Below, piece after piece: positions 60,701 through 64,000 of a stretch of 64,000 nt of DNA (position 1 is the stretch's first letter; each line of letters starts with the position of its first letter). The stretch is from NCBI GenBank assembly GCA_002269645.1, contig NIVC01000542.1:248001-312000 (forward strand). Reading direction: 5' to 3'. The DNA comes from Macrostomum lignano. Its lineage: Eukaryota. Under the pieces are notes generated by a model. It was not told the origin of the DNA. It saw nothing but the letters and a program-made list of their open reading frames with translations, and searched no databases. The position numbers and the translations under genes were made by a program.

Positions 60701-63700
60701 TTGTGTCATTAAGGCTGCATCAAATTGTCTGAAAACCGTCTCGGCACAGGCAGGATCTGATGTTACAAAGCCGCTTTCTGAGAGGCTCTTAACTGTTGGA
60801 AAATCCACTTTTCTCTCCGCAATGGAAGCGCTTTCTCTTGCCGGGTCATTATTATCAGAAACAGATGCCTGGTCGTGAAAAAAACCGCGAGAATTTTCAG
60901 TCCGAGAAGGAACACAAGTACTGGATGGATCAGTGCCTGAAGTCATATTTTCTGCATACTGAATATCCGGTGCAGTAAAGTATTCTGTGTTTGTGTGAGC
61001 ATCAACGGTCATGATTGCACAATCAACTGAAGAATCGGATAGCAGAGGCTTGCGAAATTCTAAACTAGCATCTAATGCAGCACCGCTTCTTTCTTGCAAA
61101 CCACTAGCGTTTGAACTTGGAAATATTGGCTGAGCACCTGAAGAATTAAAAGCACTTGTAAACAATTCTTTGCAACTGCGAGTTTTTCTCATTGCACTTT
61201 GAGTACTAGCATCTGACACAATGAATGTATGAGCTGCGCCTAAGGCACCTTGATCAGCTGCTTGAGCGGAATCAGAACTATTTTTTTGCTGCATCTTTCG
61301 CTCCTTCATATGTAGTACAACAGGGACCGTAGACTCATTGTCGGCTTCAATTTTAAACTTACTGTTTTGAGCGCCAAAAAATTCGCGAACACTATCTGAG
61401 CTATATGCAAAAGCACATTGAACGCTAGCATCAAGCATTTCTGCAGCAACTGTGAATCCAGGGAAACCAGAGTCCAATTCTATATCGGTACTCGCATCAA
61501 TCAGAATAGCTTTGTCTGTAACCGAATACGCATCGCAAAAAAGCGGATGTACTACAGTATGATCAACTAGATCAAAAGAATGTTTCGGTGCTGATGAAGC
61601 ATCAGTGTTTTTTTGGCTGTCCATTAACAATTTAGCTTTGGAAATTCCCAGCTCTGAGTCCATGCTTGCATCGCTGCTAGAAACAATTGTGCATGCATCA
61701 CGACTTTGAAAAGCATCGGTTGAAACACATACACTAGTAACTCTGATTGAACAATCCACTTCTGCATTGACTAGCGCTTGATTAAAACTCTCGGTGCTTG
61801 CATCAACCAACACACGCGTGTCGGCTTCCATTTTCGCGGTCGTACTTGCATCGCTAGTTGCTTTTATTTCTCTCCATACAAAGCCACTATCAAGGAGTGC
61901 AGTCGAGGTAGTAGTAGCTTCATTGCCTTTAATAGCATCGCTAACTTTGGAGGTACCTTGATAATGTGTAGCTATATCAGCAGGTCGTCGTAAATCAGAG
62001 CTCTCAAAGACTTGTGCTAGGCTTTCTTGATGAGCTGCCATCTCGGTGCCATCTGTACTTGCTTCAAATCTTTCCAATTGTGGCGTGCATACTTTTATAT
62101 CTTTTCCTTTAACTCCTTCACCGCCCGCGCACTGAGTGGCTTCAGCGAAATTATCAAAAGGTGTATCCGTGCCTACGTCCATGGAGCCACTAAAACAAGA
62201 ATCAGTAATAGTTCCTGTTGAAGTACGATTTGGCGTGTTGGTGCTTGTCTCTGTCATGCGAATTAATTCTGTGGATAAATCTGCATTTCTTACTGTCAAT
62301 GAACAGTCAATAGCTGCATCTTTCACAATCTTTGGCTCACAGTTTGTACCAGCATCGGATATCTCAATGGTCTCTGTGGATGCATATGAACTTGACAATA
62401 CGACCGTACATTCAATGGCTGCATCGTGAACAACAATTTCATCGCAATTGGTAGCTTCTTCAATACGCTCAGCACCGCAGCTAGCGTTTTTAACTTGAAT
62501 AGTACATTCAGAAGCAGCTTCTCTTCTAGAAGGGCATTCACAGTCTGTACTTGCGTCAGACATCAGAAGGACATCCGTCGAAATGCTCACTTCTTTTGCA
62601 TTTTTTACAGACTGGACAGCTTTTTCGCAGCAAGAGAACTCTATATCTCTTCCAACAATTGCGTCAGATACTAGCGGATGCTCTGTGGAAACGGCAACAC
62701 TGATGAGCAGATTAGAACATGTTACAGATGCTTCGACACTTGAAACTTCGTTGAACACAGTAGATGCATCAGAAGTATCAGAAACGTCTGTTGACGTGTA
62801 GCGGCTGCTAAACTGCCTGATGTTGTCCACAGAGACATCCTGTTTAAGGACTTGTTGTTGGCATTCTATAGATGCATCACAAAGTTCTAAAGAGGTTAGA
62901 GTAGCTACATCAACGCTGTTAAAACATGGGACACATTCAACTGCGGCGTTACATGTCCGCTCGCGTCCTGTAGCAATGTCAGTAGTAAGCAGTGGACCAG
63001 TCTCGTCCGTCAAAGTACCAACTGCAGCTGTGGTAGTTTTCATGTATTCTGTACTCTTTTCGAGCTTATGGGGCCGATCTGATGAAACATTAAAAACGGC
63101 TGACGGTACTGCAGACTCGGCAACAACTGTATGCATACACATCTCTTCAGAATCCAAATTTGTTACATTTTCTTGAATTTTGACTTCACCTTGAGTAAGA
63201 TTTTTGACTCGAATGCCGGAAACACTGCTGTCCTTATCAAGGTAGTCGCGAGAGCTTGCCATGTATGTGAACATGGGGGCTTCCCACTGGGTGCCCTGGT
63301 CACACATGCCACGTTTTTGCCCACGACTATTTATTTCGGCTATGAATTCTTCTGCAGCGGAATCTTCAATACAATCGGCACTCTTGCTAGGTCGAAGAGG
63401 CTGTGTTGGACCAGCGGCAGAAATAGAAACCCTTCGCTGGCTTTCTAGGAATACATCGAGCGACTTTGACAGTGACCGAGAAAGTGAGGCTACTTTCTGC
63501 TGGAACTCAGCGACCTCAGACGCAGCAGATTTGTTCAAACTTGACTGGCTAGAAGCGGCAGATGCAAATGCTGCTGACTGCTCAATGCAAGCGAGGGATA
63601 TCACGCCCGGCAGCTGATCTCCGATCCCCGGGTAGGAACGGCTCGGATGCAGCTTCCCACCGGGCCGCCAATCTATGTTGCGGCTGTCCCCGCGCAGGCA

Positions 63701-64000
63701 GTTTCGACTGAGACTGAGAATCTCTGAGTCGAGCTCCAAGTATCGCTTCAGATGGTCCAGCTGCGAATCATGCAGTTCAAAGGCTTGGATGTCTGAAACA
63801 AGCGACTGAACTTTCGCCTCGGTATCGGAGAGCCCGGAGGAAAGGCTACAGCGTTGGCGCAGGCATGCACAGTATTCAAGCCGATCTGACTTGACCATAG
63901 CGAGAAAGCTGGACAGGCTGGCATCGGAATCCTCCTGCCGTCTGATGGCGCTGCTGTCGCCGCCGCCGTTGAGGTCGCAGACAACCCGCACGAGGCGCTC
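42763..64000 (-). CDS. Giant (>6,600 aa) coiled-coil / 11-aa-repeat protein, 5' end outside the window
   Basis: The frame is open from 64000 to a strong donor ctg|gtgaga at 44576 (19,425 nt, 6,475 codons, no stop). It is phase-0 compatible with the acceptor gccgcccag|gca at 43248, which reads to TGA at 42763. The protein has several heptad-rich segments and two large repeat blocks. Confidence 0.85.
45950..53400 (-). repeat. Coding repeat block 2 of the giant exon (11-aa register; 264-, 810-, 1377-bp and longer higher-order units)
   Basis: Units such as VDASTRAEVEH-SEIGSGSCAGK-VDASSSAECIL-IDASVGSTDDN-VDASTVAAVSY. Identical side ORFs recur at 46128/46392/46656 (264 bp apart) and 46783/48160 (1,377 bp apart). 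Confidence 0.95.
55880..59370 (-). repeat. Coding repeat block 1 of the giant exon (33/66-bp units; 957-bp higher-order duplication)
   Basis: Units ADASTDAKLEF-ADASSGLSKER. Identical side ORFs at 57145/58102, 57372/58329 and 57529/58486 are 957 bp apart, i.e. 29 x 33 bp. Confidence 0.95.

Overview
This is eukaryotic (animal) genomic DNA: GC-rich exons with GT-AG introns, and minisatellites in many introns and intergenic gaps. That style resembles the flatworm Macrostomum (inference only). Every recognisable gene is on the minus strand. From the right edge: (1) a 5'-truncated giant gene whose open exon of at least 19.4 kb encodes over 6,470 aa of coiled coils plus hundreds of 11-aa-periodic D-A-S-[T/S] units and scattered TQT-like motifs, a candidate hyper-multivalent LC8/DYNLL scaffold; (2) RBBP5 (6 exons, 539 aa); (3) CCZ1 (3 exons, apparent 1-nt frameshift); (4) a small secreted PAN/Apple + TSP1 protein; (5) a MARF1/Limkain-b1 homologue with RRM and about 8 LOTUS domains but no NYN nuclease domain (9 exons, 1,161 aa, one probable GC-AG intron); (6) a 797-aa Q-rich multi-zinc-finger protein; (7) the start of a secreted protein cut by the left edge. 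The 5.3-17.6 kb gap holds head-to-tail non-autonomous Helitron-like elements carrying satellite arrays, a fossil MULE transposase, and MITE/foldback elements. Mariner and LINE fossils lie at about 29.4-30 kb. Several intronic repeats copy the adjacent splice site, and five genes have an unpaired 3' splice site just before the ATG, suggesting trans-splicing or operon-like organisation. Exon models were built by hand from splice motifs and phase; family assignments come from remembered motifs, not database searches.
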